A stretch of DNA of 63,718 nt, counting the filler, from Olpidium bornovanus S191 (Eukaryota; Fungi; Olpidiomycota): assembly GCA_017911155.1 (NCBI GenBank). It is 25 parts of 25 records of this genome, joined end to end, with 100 filler letters (N's around TTAATTAATTAA, not from the genome) between each part and the next. Parts side by side here need not be neighbours in the genome. Positions count along the whole stretch, not along the records: positions 10,700 to 13,108 come from JAEFCI010009942.1; positions 13,209 to 15,164 come from JAEFCI010004794.1; positions 15,265 to 17,510 come from JAEFCI010012895.1; positions 17,611 to 19,203 come from JAEFCI010007875.1; positions 19,304 to 23,514 come from JAEFCI010007733.1; 20 more parts are not named here. One strand, written 5' to 3'. Every line of letters starts with the position of its first letter. Position 1 is the stretch's first letter. The translations under genes were made by a program, and so were the position numbers. The notes under the pieces are model-generated. The model searched no databases, was not told the DNA's origin, and saw only the letters and a list, made by a program, of their open reading frames with translations. Shown here in pieces: positions 10,700 to 22,866 of the stretch.

Positions 10700-13021
10700 A
10701 CCGGACAGGGACGCGAAGTCGTTGTCCTGGAACTGTTGAGAGATAAGCCAGGGGATGAGATCCCCAGAGCTGCGCTGACCGCGGGAGAGGCTCTTGATAA
10801 TGCTCTCCTTGGAGATCATGCCCTCGAGCGCGACCTGGATGACGCAGAGGGGCTCCGGAAGGGCGGTGTCGCCCTCTTTGATCGGCGGAAGAAGTACGAA
10901 AAGGTGGTGGGCAGGAGCGTCGGAAAGAAGTTGGAGATCATCGGGTGTGTTCTTGTAGTGGCTGGCCACGTACAGAGCCATCATCCGCTGGAGAAAGGCC
11001 TCGCTGACCGGGTGGTAGCTGAACAAGGTGTCCCGGTTGACGTGGTAAAGCTCACAAGCGGAGGGGCACGGGCAGCCGGCGAGCTGTGAGGAAAGGGTGG
11101 GGCCTGTAGAGCAATCCAGGCAGAGCAACTTGTTGAGCCAGCGTTCCACGTGGTCGCCCTCGTTGTACCGGATAGGCTCGTCCAGTTTGATCTCACGGAG
11201 GACTCGCCCGCCGGCCGCGGCCCCACCGGCGTCACCGCCGACGGCCTCGTTCGCTCGCCGCGGCTTGGCATCGCGGCCGACGACCACCCCACCCTCTGTC
11301 TCGACCCTCGACGGGCCCCGCCCGACGAAACCGCGTGACCGGTCGCGCAGCTGCTGGATGAGCTTCAGGGAGAGCGAGCGGCCCGTGCCCTCGTACCCGT
11401 TGACGGTCGATGCCATGAACACCAGGTACGAGCCAAGAAGACCTTTGACAATGGGCAGCGGTATGGCGGCCGCCTCGTCAATAACGACAAGTTCTGCCTG
11501 CCCAAGAACGTGGGCGTCCTGCGGCTGGATGTACTGGATCGTCTGCCGGTGTTGGCGGAATACGTTCACCCTCACCACCGCCTTGTTGAATTCCGGGTTC
11601 GTCGACTGCACGATATCGTAATCGAGGTGCTCCTCGTACTTGAGCGCGTCAAAGCCTTTAAAGACAAATTCAAAGAGGGTCTTGAGGTTTTCCGGACTCG
11701 GCGAGGTGACGAAAATGTTGGCGTACCCGTGGGCAACGGCCGCGGCAATTGCTACTCCGAGGGCAGCGGATTTACCGCGGCCCCGGGCGGCAGTCAGCGT
11801 AACGATCGACTTCAGCGTCTTCTCCGAAATGGCGTCCACGAACGTCAGCAGGGCCTTCGCTTGGTCCAACGATTTCGCGCAGCCGACTAAAAGGCCAATT
11901 GGCTCCGTGCCCGCCAGGGACTCCTTCAACTCCTTCAACTCCAATTCTTTTCCCGTTATCTCCCCCTAGTCGGGATGACCGCCGAGGCACGTGAGCGAAC
12001 TGTTGAAACCGTAACATAAAACAAAACGGACGCAAAGCGACATCGGCAAAAGCGGAAAAGCGACGCACCGCAGGCTTTGGCGGTCGCGGCCGGACGTCTC
12101 TGCCAGCGGAAATGGGGAGCACGTTCAGCTCGTCGTCAACCACCAGACACGTCTCGCAAGTGCTGAGCGAAAGAATGAACCGCTCGTTGAAACGAGCCAC
12201 GACATCATTGTGGGCCTCCGTCCGGTATCGCGCGTGGACGTCCTAATAACCCACGTAAGGAGTGGAACGGGGAACACGGAGACGAGAAAACCGCGCATGA
12301 GGACCCGACCACCTTTTCCGCCCGCTGTCCGTTTGCACGAGCACCAGGGCATACCATTGTCATGGTATACAGTTGCTTCAGCGACTTTATTGTCCTCAGC
12401 AGGATAACGACGATGCCCCCGCCGTCCACGGTCTCTATGGTTCGCGCCAATAAATTGGGCGTGAGAGCCTCAAAGTCCTGCAGCACGCACATCCCGTACG
12501 TGTTCCCGAGGATTTTATGCGACTCCTTGTAGTAGCAGTAGCGGATGTTGGTGACGGAAACAAAAAGCTCAAACGGGTCCTCGGTGTTGGGCTCGCGGAC
12601 GCCGCGCTTTATTTCCTTCTTGATTTTGGCTTCCCGCTTCTTCCGGTGGCTGGACTTGACGGGGGAAGACCGGAATTCGGGATTTCAGAAAAGCGAGGGG
12701 CCGGGGGTTGCGGTGTGCCCGCGCGCCGCCTCTCCGGCGCGCGCGCACACAACGGGCGGCAAGGGTGGGGGGGGGGGGGAGGGGGGGGGGGGGGGGGGAA
12801 GAGGTGGTTTTCACTCCTCACCTGCTGAAGCCGAGCTCCTTCTTGTAGCACCAGAGCACGGAGGGCCGGGCGGCGACCTGGGCCTGGGAGAGCAGCCAGT
12901 GCAGGTTCACGACCTGGTCCTTCCCCCTGTCGCCGACGACGACAAAGATGCTCCTGTGCCTGCTCTGCACGCCGTTCCTGACGAGGGTGTGTATCCTCGA
13001 GTCCAGCGTCTTGCGCACCAT
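10700..13021 (-). CDS. NAT10: RNA cytidine acetyltransferase NAT10/Kre33, 5' part, multi-exon
   Basis: MVRKTLDSRIHTLVRNGVQSRHRSIFVVVGDRGKDQVVNLH; VLQDFEALTPNLLARTIETVDGGG; TAARGRGKSAALG; IDEAAAIPLP; STVNGYEGTGRSLSLKL; SHYKNTPDDLQLLSDAPAH. 3' end truncated. Confidence 0.97.
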
Positions 13022-13208
13022 GGCTGTCCGCTCCTCCGGGCGGGGGGGGGGGGGAAAGGGGGGGGGGGGGGGGGGGGGGGGGTGGGGGGGGGGGGGGGGG
13101 GGGGGCGGNNNNNNNNNNNNNNNNNNNNNNNNNNNNNNNNNNNNNNNNNNNNTTAATTAATTAANNNNNNNNNNNNNNNNNNNNNNNNNNNNNNNNNNNN
13201 NNNNNNNN

Positions 13209-13239
<31 letters not shown>

Positions 13240-13347
13240 AAAGTAAAATAAAAAGGAAAACTCCACGTCGGGCCAGTTGACCTAGAGTTTCGACGAGTGT
13301 CGTCGTCCTCCCCTCTTCCCTCCCCGTCTTCCCCGGAACTCCCGGCC

Positions 13348-15112
13348 ATGGCCCGCTCAGAGGGGCGCGCCGATGGCTTTCGTGCTCCCGGAGAACCAAG
13401 CGCGCAAGCCCCGCGCCGCGGCCGCCTGCACTTCCAGTGCGCCGCGGAGGACGCTGCTGGCAAAAGGAAGCGGCGGAACCCGCTGTTGGTGACTTTGGAA
13501 GCCCTCTACCCCGATGCAGGTAACCGTTACGCTGCTGGAGAACCTGGCCGCTTACAACGCCGGACTCCTGATTTTTGGCGTCCGCGAGCGCCGGCGGCCA
13601 GTCCCTTTCGGCGCTGCAGGTAACTTTGTATGCGCCGCGGGCTTCCTTTGTAAAACGCTAACTCTGCCGTGTCCTCCCGCCGCTCACGAAATAAAAAAAA
13701 TGAAACGCGTAGAACCCTTATACCTCGCGCACTGCCTCTCTCAGTACGAAGACCACCACGTCGAGCGCGTTGTCGAAAAGATACAGTCCATGAACCGCGG
13801 CGAGTATCCGCGGCGCCCGGAGGGGATTGACGATCCGAATTCTGTGGACGCCAAGAACCGGTATCTTCGGACGTTGAACGAAATGTTCCCTGACTGCGAC
13901 GTCGCTCACGTGAGGGAAAAGGTATTGAGGGCGGAATACGACCACGTCCGGGCCGTCGCGGAGCAGCTCGTGTCTTCCGGAGGAGACAGGTACCCGCGCC
14001 GGCTCCGGCCGGGGCAGATCGAGGAGCGGGATTTCCTGCGACCGCCAGAATACATCAAGGGGTCGACGGAGATGCTGTGCAACGAGTTCCCGTCGGCGTG
14101 GAAGTCGGCCGTGCGGGCCGTGATGGCTGAGGTGAACAACGACTACGTGGAAAGTCACCGTCGCCTGCGGGAGATCGAGCGGACGACGTCTGGATGGTGG
14201 AGCCGCTTATTCAGCTTCCTGAAGCGCAGGCCGTTCGATTCGCTGGAGATGCGTTTCCCGGAGCTGCTGCGCGACGTCGGACGCCTGCGCGCCGCCCAGA
14301 TGGCCGAGCAGTCCGATCGGGACCGGAAGGTGGCGCGCGCGGTGAACAAGATGGAGTACGAGCAAGCCGGCCAGCTCATCGCGTGCAGCTGCTGCTTCGA
14401 CGATTTCGCGTTCGAGGACCTGTGCGCCTGCGAAGACGGTCATCTTTTTTGCGTCGGCTGCGTGCGCCGGTACATCGCGGAGGGCCTGTTCGGCGCGGGC
14501 GGCCTGCGCGGGCGGCCGGTCCCTTGCATGTACTCTGGCTCCGACGGGAACTGCCCGCGAAACCTCCCCGACCGCGTCCTGCGCGAAGTTCTTGCTCCGG
14601 ACGTCTACGCCCGCTACTGCGACTCCGTCGTCGAGGAGGAGCTCCGCCGCGCCCGCCTGAAGCTGGTCAGGTGCCCCTTCTGCGTCTACTGCGAGGTCGA
14701 CGAGAGCTCCGCCCGGTTCCGCCGTCTTCGTAACGCCAGCGTCCCGATTGCCCTGGTGCACCTCGGCTCCGCGATCTCGCTCTCCCGCCTTCTCGACCTA
14801 CGCGACTTTCTATGGAACTTGGCGGCGACTTTCTTCATCTTCGGCTCGCTGTCTGCTTTCCTGGCCGGCCTCGGCGCCGGCGGGTGCCTCGCCGGCAGCA
14901 GCCCGCGTCGGGAATGGACCGCATTGTGCAGGAAACTTCAACGCCGGGGCTCATCGCAGATATTCCGTTGCCTCGGGCCGCACTGCGGCAAAACGTCTTG
15001 CCTCAAGTGCGGACACGAGGTGACCTCGCCCTTGCACAAGTGCCATGAAAAGGCCCAGGATAGCCTGCGGCTCTATGTAGAGCGTGCGATGGCCGCCGTG
15101 CACCTGAGGACG
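13348..15112 (+). CDS. RBR (RING-IBR) E3 ubiquitin ligase, RNF216/TRIAD3-like, 3' truncated
   Basis: RING1 CSCCFDD...CEDGHLFCVGC...CMYSGSDGNC; IBR CPFCVYC...CLGPHCGKTSCLKC...HKC. Start position approximate. Confidence 0.85.
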
Positions 15113-15271
15113 GTAGGGGCGCAAATTTTGCTTGTTTTTCTTTTTCGACTGCCCATCGGTCTGTNNNNNNNNNNNNNNNNNNNNNNNNNNNNNNNNNNNN
15201 NNNNNNNNTTAATTAATTAANNNNNNNNNNNNNNNNNNNNNNNNNNNNNNNNNNNNNNNNNNNNCATGTAG

Positions 15272-15468
15272 GCAACTCGATAAAGGGTATTGGCCCGCAC
15301 AGGGCCCTCCAGCTCTTGAAGCAGCACGGGTCGCTCGAGAAGGCGCTGGCAAGCTTGGATAAGAGCAAGTACCCAATCCCGGCTGAGTGGCCGTATGAGG
15401 ATGCGCGCAGGCTGTTCACCGAACCACACGTCAAAGACCCCGCCAGCATTGAGGTGACCATTTTTTTT

Positions 15469-15504
<36 letters not shown>

Positions 15505-16110
15505 TCTGGCGCGCAACCGCTCGTAAATGGGTCAATTTTGGTTCTAAATTGATGATTTCTCCGTACCGGACGGCCCCTGATGATTCCTCCGTACCGGACG
15601 GCCCCGTATGGCACTTTCCTCTGACGCAGCTAAAATGGGAAGCGCCGGATGTCCCGGGGACGGTGCAGTTCTTGGTGAATGAAAAAGGATTCAAGTGAGG
15701 ATGTTTCCGCGGAGTCTGGGGCGGTTTCTTGGTGCGCTCACTGAACCGTTCCTAATCACGGTCACACAGCGAAGAGCGAGTTCGCAAGAGCCTTGAAAAG
15801 CTTGAGAAGAACATAAAGAAGGCAACTCAGGGCCGGCTCGACAGTTTCTTCAAGGTTATCCCGAATCAAAACGGGAATGCTTTAAAAAGAAAGGTCCGTC
15901 CGGAGGTGGGGGATTTGTTCTGGAGTTGGCCTTCTTTTTCTACAGGGAGAGAGCCGTCGATCGCTGGCAGTTCGGCAATCGTGCCAAATCCGACGCCTCT
16001 TCCGATTTTCTACGAAACCCGAAATTATATTCCAGGCTGACGAGAAGGCGAAGGCAACGGCCTCCCAAAAAAAGAAAGCAGCTGGCGGGGCAACGAAGCC
16101 TAGGCGTTGA
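15272..16110 (+). CDS. FEN1: Flap endonuclease 1 (Rad27), 3' exons
   Basis: SIKGIGPHRALQLLKQHGSLE (H3TH), WPYEDARRLF, LKWEAPD...FLVNEKGF, PIP box QGRLDSFF, stop at 16108-16110. Confidence 0.95.
15550..15605 (+). repeat. 28-bp tandem duplication in a FEN1 intron
   Basis: tgatgatttctccgtaccggacggcccc followed by tgatgattcctccgtaccggacggcccc (one mismatch). Confidence 0.9.
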
Positions 16111-17080
16111 AGACATGACGTTTTCCCCATCCTATGCCTTTTTTGCATTCCTGCACGCTGTCCCGTCCGTTGCCTTTCTTTACCACACGCACCATCTGCT
16201 TTCCTCTCCACGTCTGAAACGTTATTGCTGAGGACAGTCTTTTTTCCCGCCCCTGTGCGCACGGAGCATGTGGGTTTAAGGCTCGCGTATCTGGACTAGC
16301 GGATGTATAAAGTCTGATTTGCTGCGAGTGTGGACGAAACCGCCTTCCCGAGTCATTCTCGGACCCGCAAAACAGCTGTTAGGTGCACCAGGCGTCGCGG
16401 CGGGCCTGAAATACACGGGGGGGAAGGCCCCACGAAACGTGCGGAGGTCGGTCTCACTGGCTCCACCCGGAGAAAGGGAATTTATCCGCGAAAATTCCAT
16501 ATCTTGATTTAACGCCCGACAGCAATTTCCCCCCGCGCCAATCGCCGAGTCCGCACGAAGGAAAGGGAGGCGCTTTTGCGTCTGGGAAACTGGGACGCCC
16601 AATTATGGCGAGTGGGGCGCTTGCGAGGAAAGGGTTTCCGGCCCAAAGGGGCGTGCGCCATCGGCTTGGTTTTTGTGTCGAAACCTGGGACCGCGCGGAC
16701 GTCTCCCCCCCCTCCCCCAACTCAGGTGACATGTCTCGAGACCAGAAAGAGCCGAAAGGGCGCGCGCCCCCGCGGTTTCTCGACTTCGTAACGACTTCAC
16801 CTCCGGCTGACGTGCAAAACAAATCAGCCGCCGCACCGTAAAAACCGCCGGTGAAGAATTCAGAGCGGTTTCTCCGCTGCGGCACACTTCCGCCCGGTAA
16901 ACGCGTCGTCGCTAAAAAAAAAAAAAAAAAAAAAAAGCGAACTATCTGACGGAGAGCGGGGTGTCCCGCGGATCTATAGGACGCGGAGGGCAACCCGCAA
17001 ATGGTACAATGCAGAGAGGGGGAAGGGGGGGGGGGCCGCCAAATTCTAGAGACCCCGACCCCCCCCCCCCTTCCCCATTC

Positions 17081-17227
17081 TCAACATCCGACGTGCCAAA
17101 TCTCCGCCGCGTCGTTCCTCGTGAACGGGAAGTTGCCTATGCGCCTCCCGCACACTCTGCACAGAGTGTCCGGAGTGACAACCACCGGCGGCTTCAATTT
17201 CTGCGCCGCATTGAGTTCTGCGCTCAC
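17081..17227 (-). CDS. Last exon of a Vps39/Vps3 (Vam6/TGFBRAP1)-family protein (C-terminal Zn finger)
   Basis: After a CAG acceptor: VSAELNAAQKLKPPVVVTPDTLCRVCGRRIGNFPFTRNDAAEIWHVGC*, matching the CxxCxxxIG...HxxC pattern of the Vps39_2 domain. Confidence 0.75.
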   Translation of the reverse strand: MSAELNAAQKLKPPVVVTPDTLCRVCGRRIGNFPFTRNDAAEIWHVGC

Positions 17228-17652
17228 CTGGAAAAAAATAAAAAAAATATGGGGCCAGGTAAGAAAACGGGACGTGGCGCACCAAAAAAAAAAAAAAAAA
17301 AAAAAAAAAAGAAAAAAATAAAAAAAAGAAAAAAAAAAAAAAAAACCTAAAAAAAAATAAAAAAATAAAAAAAAGAAAAAATAAAAAATAAAAAAAAAAT
17401 ATAAAAAATGAAAAAAAAAACTAAAAAACATAAAAAAATCAAATAAAAAATAAAAAAAAAAAATATAAAAAATGAAAAAAAAACTAAAAAACATAAAAAA
17501 AATCAAATAANNNNNNNNNNNNNNNNNNNNNNNNNNNNNNNNNNNNNNNNNNNNTTAATTAATTAANNNNNNNNNNNNNNNNNNNNNNNNNNNNNNNNNN
17601 NNNNNNNNNNCATGCGCAGCGACGGTGGAGGCTTGTGCATAGAGCCAAACAT

Positions 17653-18611
17653 TCAGAGCTCGAGTGTTAAAAATCGCACATCGAGCGATGAGTCCAACGC
17701 CGACGGCCCCACATGCAGCCAGCCTAATGCACTCGCAGGGGGTGTGCGGACACGAAGGCGTTGCAAACTTACGTTCGGCTGCACACAACTCGGCGACGGG
17801 TGCGTGAAGGATGTTGAAGGCTTTTCCACCGAGACCACGGTGAAGAGATCATTTCCTTTGCCACCAGCATATGCAGGTTGACGGCCCGCCGGTCTAAGAT
17901 TTGTCAGAGAGTGGCAGTTGACCATCCAATAGCGAACGAAATTGTCATCGTCGCACCCTCGCCTGACTATATCACTTATGTCTTGGTCCTCCCGGAGCCA
18001 GTCCACGAGGTCATCTACGTTGCGCACTTCCCCACCGCCTTTTAGCCGGGGAGGCCTGGAGGCGCGGTGGACATGGTCTTCTTCGCTCAAATCCTCCTGG
18101 AGCCACTGTTTGAGTTCGTTGATGTCGGAAACATCTGTTCCACTTCTCCGTTCGACACGGGAAGTGAGGAGATTGTAAACGGATATCGGTCCGTCATTTG
18201 ACATCGGAACGGCCACGCGCTTGAGAAGTACGAAACCAACACCTCAGAGAAGGTGGCGCTGCGCACCCACCGCTTCGAGTTCCGGTGGTCCTCATCGACA
18301 ACATCCAGACGGTCAAACCACTCCCGGGGTATCAAATCCGTTCTTGCCAGCGCCTCCGCGTCGCGGTCGCGTACGTTTCCCCCGGCAAGCGGCGTCACAG
18401 GACGTCGCTGGTCCGCCGCCTTCGCGCTGTCGAGGTACACCACGTCCAAGCTGTCGAGCCAGTCGGCGGGAATTACCTCCGCGTCGTCGTCGGACATGTT
18501 CGCACCACCCTCTGGCTCCTGCTTTCCCGTGCCCGGTGTCTGGTTCCCGTTTCCCAGGCCGCCTCCTGCGTGTGCTTCGCCCGCGGCGTTGGCGCCGTCT
18601 TCCCCGCGCAT
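17653..18611 (-). CDS. Hypothetical acidic protein with internal repeats (probably two exons)
   Basis: Overlapping ORFs 18087..18743 and 17653..18216 join in frame through a putative ~47-nt GT-AG intron. Repeats: EVIPADWLDSLDVV / DLIPREWFDRLDVV and DINELKQWLQED / NVDDLVDWLRED. Confidence 0.5.
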
Positions 18612-20697
18612 GATCTCTCGCCGCTGCGTTCGGCGAGAGTGGGGGAGGGTGTGCAGGTAAGGCGGTCCCTTTCTTGCTTTCGGGAGTGTCAAAAACCCTG
18701 AAGTTGCTGGAAATCGCACGCCCCCCGCACCGCCGGTCCCCAAGGATGTTCTTTTTTTCCCCTCAGTGAAACGGATGATGCCACGCGCCGATCACGTGCT
18801 TTCCCCGCGGGGCGAACGCCGGCCAACGCCGCGTCCGGCAGCGACAAGCAGGACCGTCCGCGGCATCTCAATTGGGCCAACGGCAGACATCGGCGCCACA
18901 AAGCGGGAGGGCCGCGGAGTCGTCGTTCGATTGATCGCGCGAGCGAAGCGGCGGAAGCCGCCATGCTGCCACGCATCGTGCTTTGTCCCGTCGAGCGGAA
19001 CACAAACCAAAAACAACGGCGAAGCTCCGCCCATTTCTCTCTGCCTTCTCACTCCCGGTCGCGGCTGCTGTGCATTCATGCCATGTTGGGTATATAGCGT
19101 TGCGTTGCGATTAGCAGTACTGTCCCGCCTTCCCGCACTGCAAGTTGTGGTTATCCAGTCTTTCTTCGAACACAAAAACGAAAACACGCCAACAGGTTAT
19201 GAGNNNNNNNNNNNNNNNNNNNNNNNNNNNNNNNNNNNNNNNNNNNNTTAATTAATTAANNNNNNNNNNNNNNNNNNNNNNNNNNNNNNNNNNNNNNNNN
19301 NNNCGGTAAAATCCAGTTGGGTATCGCCTGCATTGACCGCCAGGAAATTGCGGGCGTGGTGGTGTGTCCTATTTCGGCCCGTGAAAGGTCAAAATTTGTC
19401 GCTTTTCAGTTCAATAACTGCATGGGTTTGATTCTGTTACTCGTTGGGCGATTGCAGTTTTCAGCTGCTGTGGTGGCAGCGTAAGCCGCTGCAACGAGTG
19501 TTCATGTTCATAGTTACATAGTTGCATCAATGAGTCGATCCTCCAGATGGCGTATGACATCTTGGATGTCAGTTCGATTTGCAAAATAATCGGTCCTCCT
19601 GCTGGTTGGGCAAAGACTGCTTGGATGCCATGTTCGAAGACTGAGTCATTGCTACCATGTACTGTTGAAAGCTCTCAAGTCATTAGGTTCAAGTGATCTG
19701 CAATTTGGTTTCCAAAGACGCTACAAGGGGCGGTGGGAAGGGGGGATTTGCCTTCTTTATACTGCGCCCTTTGCGTAGGACGGCGCGCGTGTGTTCGCCT
19801 GGCTGCAGAGTCGCTCTCTTTTCTTTTTTTAAGAAATCTAGTGGGCCCATGGTTGCCATCACTTCCATTGGGGGCCATTGCGCCGGGTCATTGGCGGCTT
19901 CTTGGAGCTCGGTCCAGCAAGGTGGCAGGGAGAGGGTAGCTCCAGGTCGCGTGACTCAGAGTTGGGGTTCGGCCCGTGATTGTCAACGCGGGTGGCACGC
20001 AAAGGACTCCAGGCCCGCACACTCACCACCACGACCGTTGCGTTGGGCGGAACAGGCCTCCGCCTTCACGCGTTAGCGTGACGTGGCGGTAAAGCCGGCG
20101 CTCCGTCTGAAGGACCGCCGGAAGGGAGAGGATGGGGTGCGAACGGGCCTTCATATGGGCCAGTTCTTGATCACTGCGGCTTTGTTTCTTACCGGGGTGT
20201 GTTCGTTGTGTAATACTGGAAGCTCGTTGCCCGTGTGAGAAAACACCGCAAGCAGCCAAAAAGGCGCGCTGGGGTTCTCCAATACACATTGGGTCACGGG
20301 TGGATACGCCCGCTGGCGCACAACAAGGCTTTCGACGGTAGTAGTAAACGCTGGGTAGGAAGGCTCTACAATTTGCGACTTTGAACTGCACTTACCTCCA
20401 TAGCGATCCGGTGCACGCTTCCATTTTGCTGTGAGGCAATGAGGCAGGCCATGACCGCCATGCAATACCGCGCACCACCGTCCTGAATTCGCAGAGCTGA
20501 CAATGCGAACGTTGTTGGCCAAACTTGATAACTCTAAGCCAAAACGAAGCACCACCTTCAAGGTGCAAGGTATATCATAAACCGCATTGTGCGAAGTGAA
20601 ACGCGGGCGACATCTCACAAAATAATATGCGACTGCAGATAAACGCGGATATGATAACGACAGAAACAATTGCACCATCAGGATATCAAAGGAAAAG

Positions 20698-22866
20698 CTA
20701 AATCCTCCTTCTCGGCCGCTGCCGTGTGTTCGTTGCAGGGATAAGCAGCGGCCGGGCTTCTCCAGTGTCGGTAGTTGGCGGCGGACCCTGCTGTGTGACC
20801 GCGTGATGGCCCTGCATTGTCGGTGCTGCCTCTGCAGTCGTCGTCAAAACCTCGGCCGGGGCTGCCTCTGCAGCTGTCGTCAAAACCTCTGCAGGTGCTG
20901 CCTCCGCAGCCGTCGTTGAAACCTTTGCCGGTGCTTCCTCCGCCGTCGTTGTCGAGACCTCTGCCGGTGACCCCATTTCGTCTTCTAACATATCACCGGA
21001 GGCGTCCACCGGCGTCAAAAGCTCCCAATCCACGATCTCAGGCGGCACGTCTTGCAGAACTGAAGTGTCTCTAGCAGCGCTGGCGACGTCTACGTCCAGT
21101 ATCCCCTGCTGAAACATGCCAGTCGGGTTGTGGTAGACGTGAATGTAGCTGCATTTATCACCATTTGGACAACACCCTTTTGCAAAAAGCCCTGCTCGGA
21201 AAAACGAATCACGGTGTTGGGCGTAGACCAGGCGGATCAAAACTAGAGAAGAAAGTGGCATCCGCCTTCCGAACGGACCACAGATAGCTGAGTGCCAGTT
21301 GACAATTGGCGAGTAGGTCGCTAGCAGCCTGCGGCCGGCATGGTGCCGCCCAGCCATGGCAGATCTTGCGTTCCGCGCCTGCTCCACGTCGGCGTATTGA
21401 ATGTAGACGTTCCCGTGCAGCTTCTTATTGTTGTTCCGGCAGCACTTGTTCAAGTTTGATTTGCATGTATGTGAGATTTTGCACAACAACAAGCTTCCGT
21501 GAATGACAATTCGGATGCCTGGTGTTACCTGAAATTGCAGGATTAGGCCCTGTTTGCGCAGCTGAGGGAAAATCAGTTCGAAAAACCTGAGGTAGCGTTC
21601 GCTCGCGTCTTCGTCAGTACGCTGAGGGAGGCGAGGATATTAGTAGAATTCGTCTACCAAATAATGCAGCACGCGGAGGAGGACAACTCGCCTCGAGCTC
21701 ATCGTCACCGACATAACTGCAATCGAACATCGCCGGGAAAACCAGCATCGAGCTTGACGAAGGGAGCGGGTGCTCCTGGGTACACTGATCGCCAAGACGG
21801 CAGATACCTGACTTGACGAGGTGCGGACAGCTCTCCTGGTGTTCCTGTGCGATACAATTCGTTTGCAAGGACAAGCAGGCAATAAAACGAACCCCTTGTC
21901 GCTCCGCGACGTACTGCCACCGTTCTGCGAACTCCTGACGATATGGCTGGGCGACGGCCGGCGACGCGCCGTCTCTTCGCAGCTGGAATACCCGAACTTG
22001 CACCGATGTCTGACAGGCTCAAGGATCCTTTGTTGAGCGCCGGCAGAGCATACGACGGTGGAATCCAGCTAGTGAGTTTCTTCGCGAGCGCTGTGGCCTT
22101 TGCCAGTCCTGCCTGTATGTTTGCGGAAATCTGTCGAGCTAGTTGCTTCGGAAAACTCAGGACAATTGGATTAGTGCAAAGTACCTTTATTGCATGCTGT
22201 CGCTTTTGTTTCTTCTCCGCCTCCGCGCGCCGGATCGCGTTCTCTTCCTCGATCTCTTGTTCGCGACATTCCCAAGCCTCTTTTCGAGTTTTGCTAATCG
22301 TGGGACAGGGGAACTTAACGAATGGTGTAGATAAGACTGAGAGCGGTGAAGGTGACTACGATGGAAAACGTACTATTCCTGCTCTGCTCGTTCAGCAGCG
22401 GAGCGCGCTTCTTCCGAAGAGATTTCCGCGCGGCGCTCTGCGGAGGCGTGACCCGTGTGAGTCCCGCACATATCCTTGCCGGTCCGATATTGGTTTCGTC
22501 ACATAACATACTGTCCCTCCGTTGCTGGCGTGCGATTGCAATCTGCTGACGAACCCGCCGTCTCCTCTCCAGTTTCCTCTGCTTCCTGAACTCGTTTCGC
22601 GGAAGCCGGGCCGGCTTGCCGGAGGCGTTTGGGGTGGAGGCGGCGGGCGCTAAGCCGCTCCCGTTGCCGCCGGCTTTCCCCTCGTTGGCGCCCACAGACA
22701 GCGTCGGAAAGGGTCGGTCTTCCGTCGACGACGCGGAACTTTCCCGGGCGCCGTTCGCGGCGGGGGTCTCATCGACGACGTCTGCCGCTGCCGCTACCTC
22801 CTTTGCAGCCGTAGTCGCCAACATGCCGGTGTGTTCGCCGACCTCGGCTGCGGCGCTCCTGTGCAT
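20698..22866 (-). CDS. ZRSR2: U2AF35-related splicing factor, ZRSR2/URP-like, multi-exon
   Basis: N-terminal charged coil (RKQRKLERRRRVRQQIA), CCCH (CPHLVKSGICRLGDQCTQEH), UHM (ERYLRFFELIFPQLRKQGLILQFQ...LHGNVYIQY...AMAGRHHAGRRL...YSPIVNWHSAICG) and second CCCH (CPNGDKCSYIHV). The long N-terminal extension favours ZRSR2 over U2AF1. Confidence 0.8.
20821..20968 (-). repeat. 36-bp coding tandem repeat x4 in the ZRSR2-like C-terminus
   Basis: AEVSTTTAEEAP / AKVSTTAAEAAP / AEVLTTAAEAAP / AEVLTTTAEAAP. Confidence 0.9.

Noticed and set aside
17282-17510. Phe-rich ORF / A-rich repeat
   Set aside because: Low-complexity intronic poly-T (on the coding strand) next to a contig end; not coding.
20675-20690. 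U12-type donor ATATCCT on the minus strand
   Set aside because: Does not match RTATCCTT, lies 3' of the stop codon and has no matching U12 branch site.
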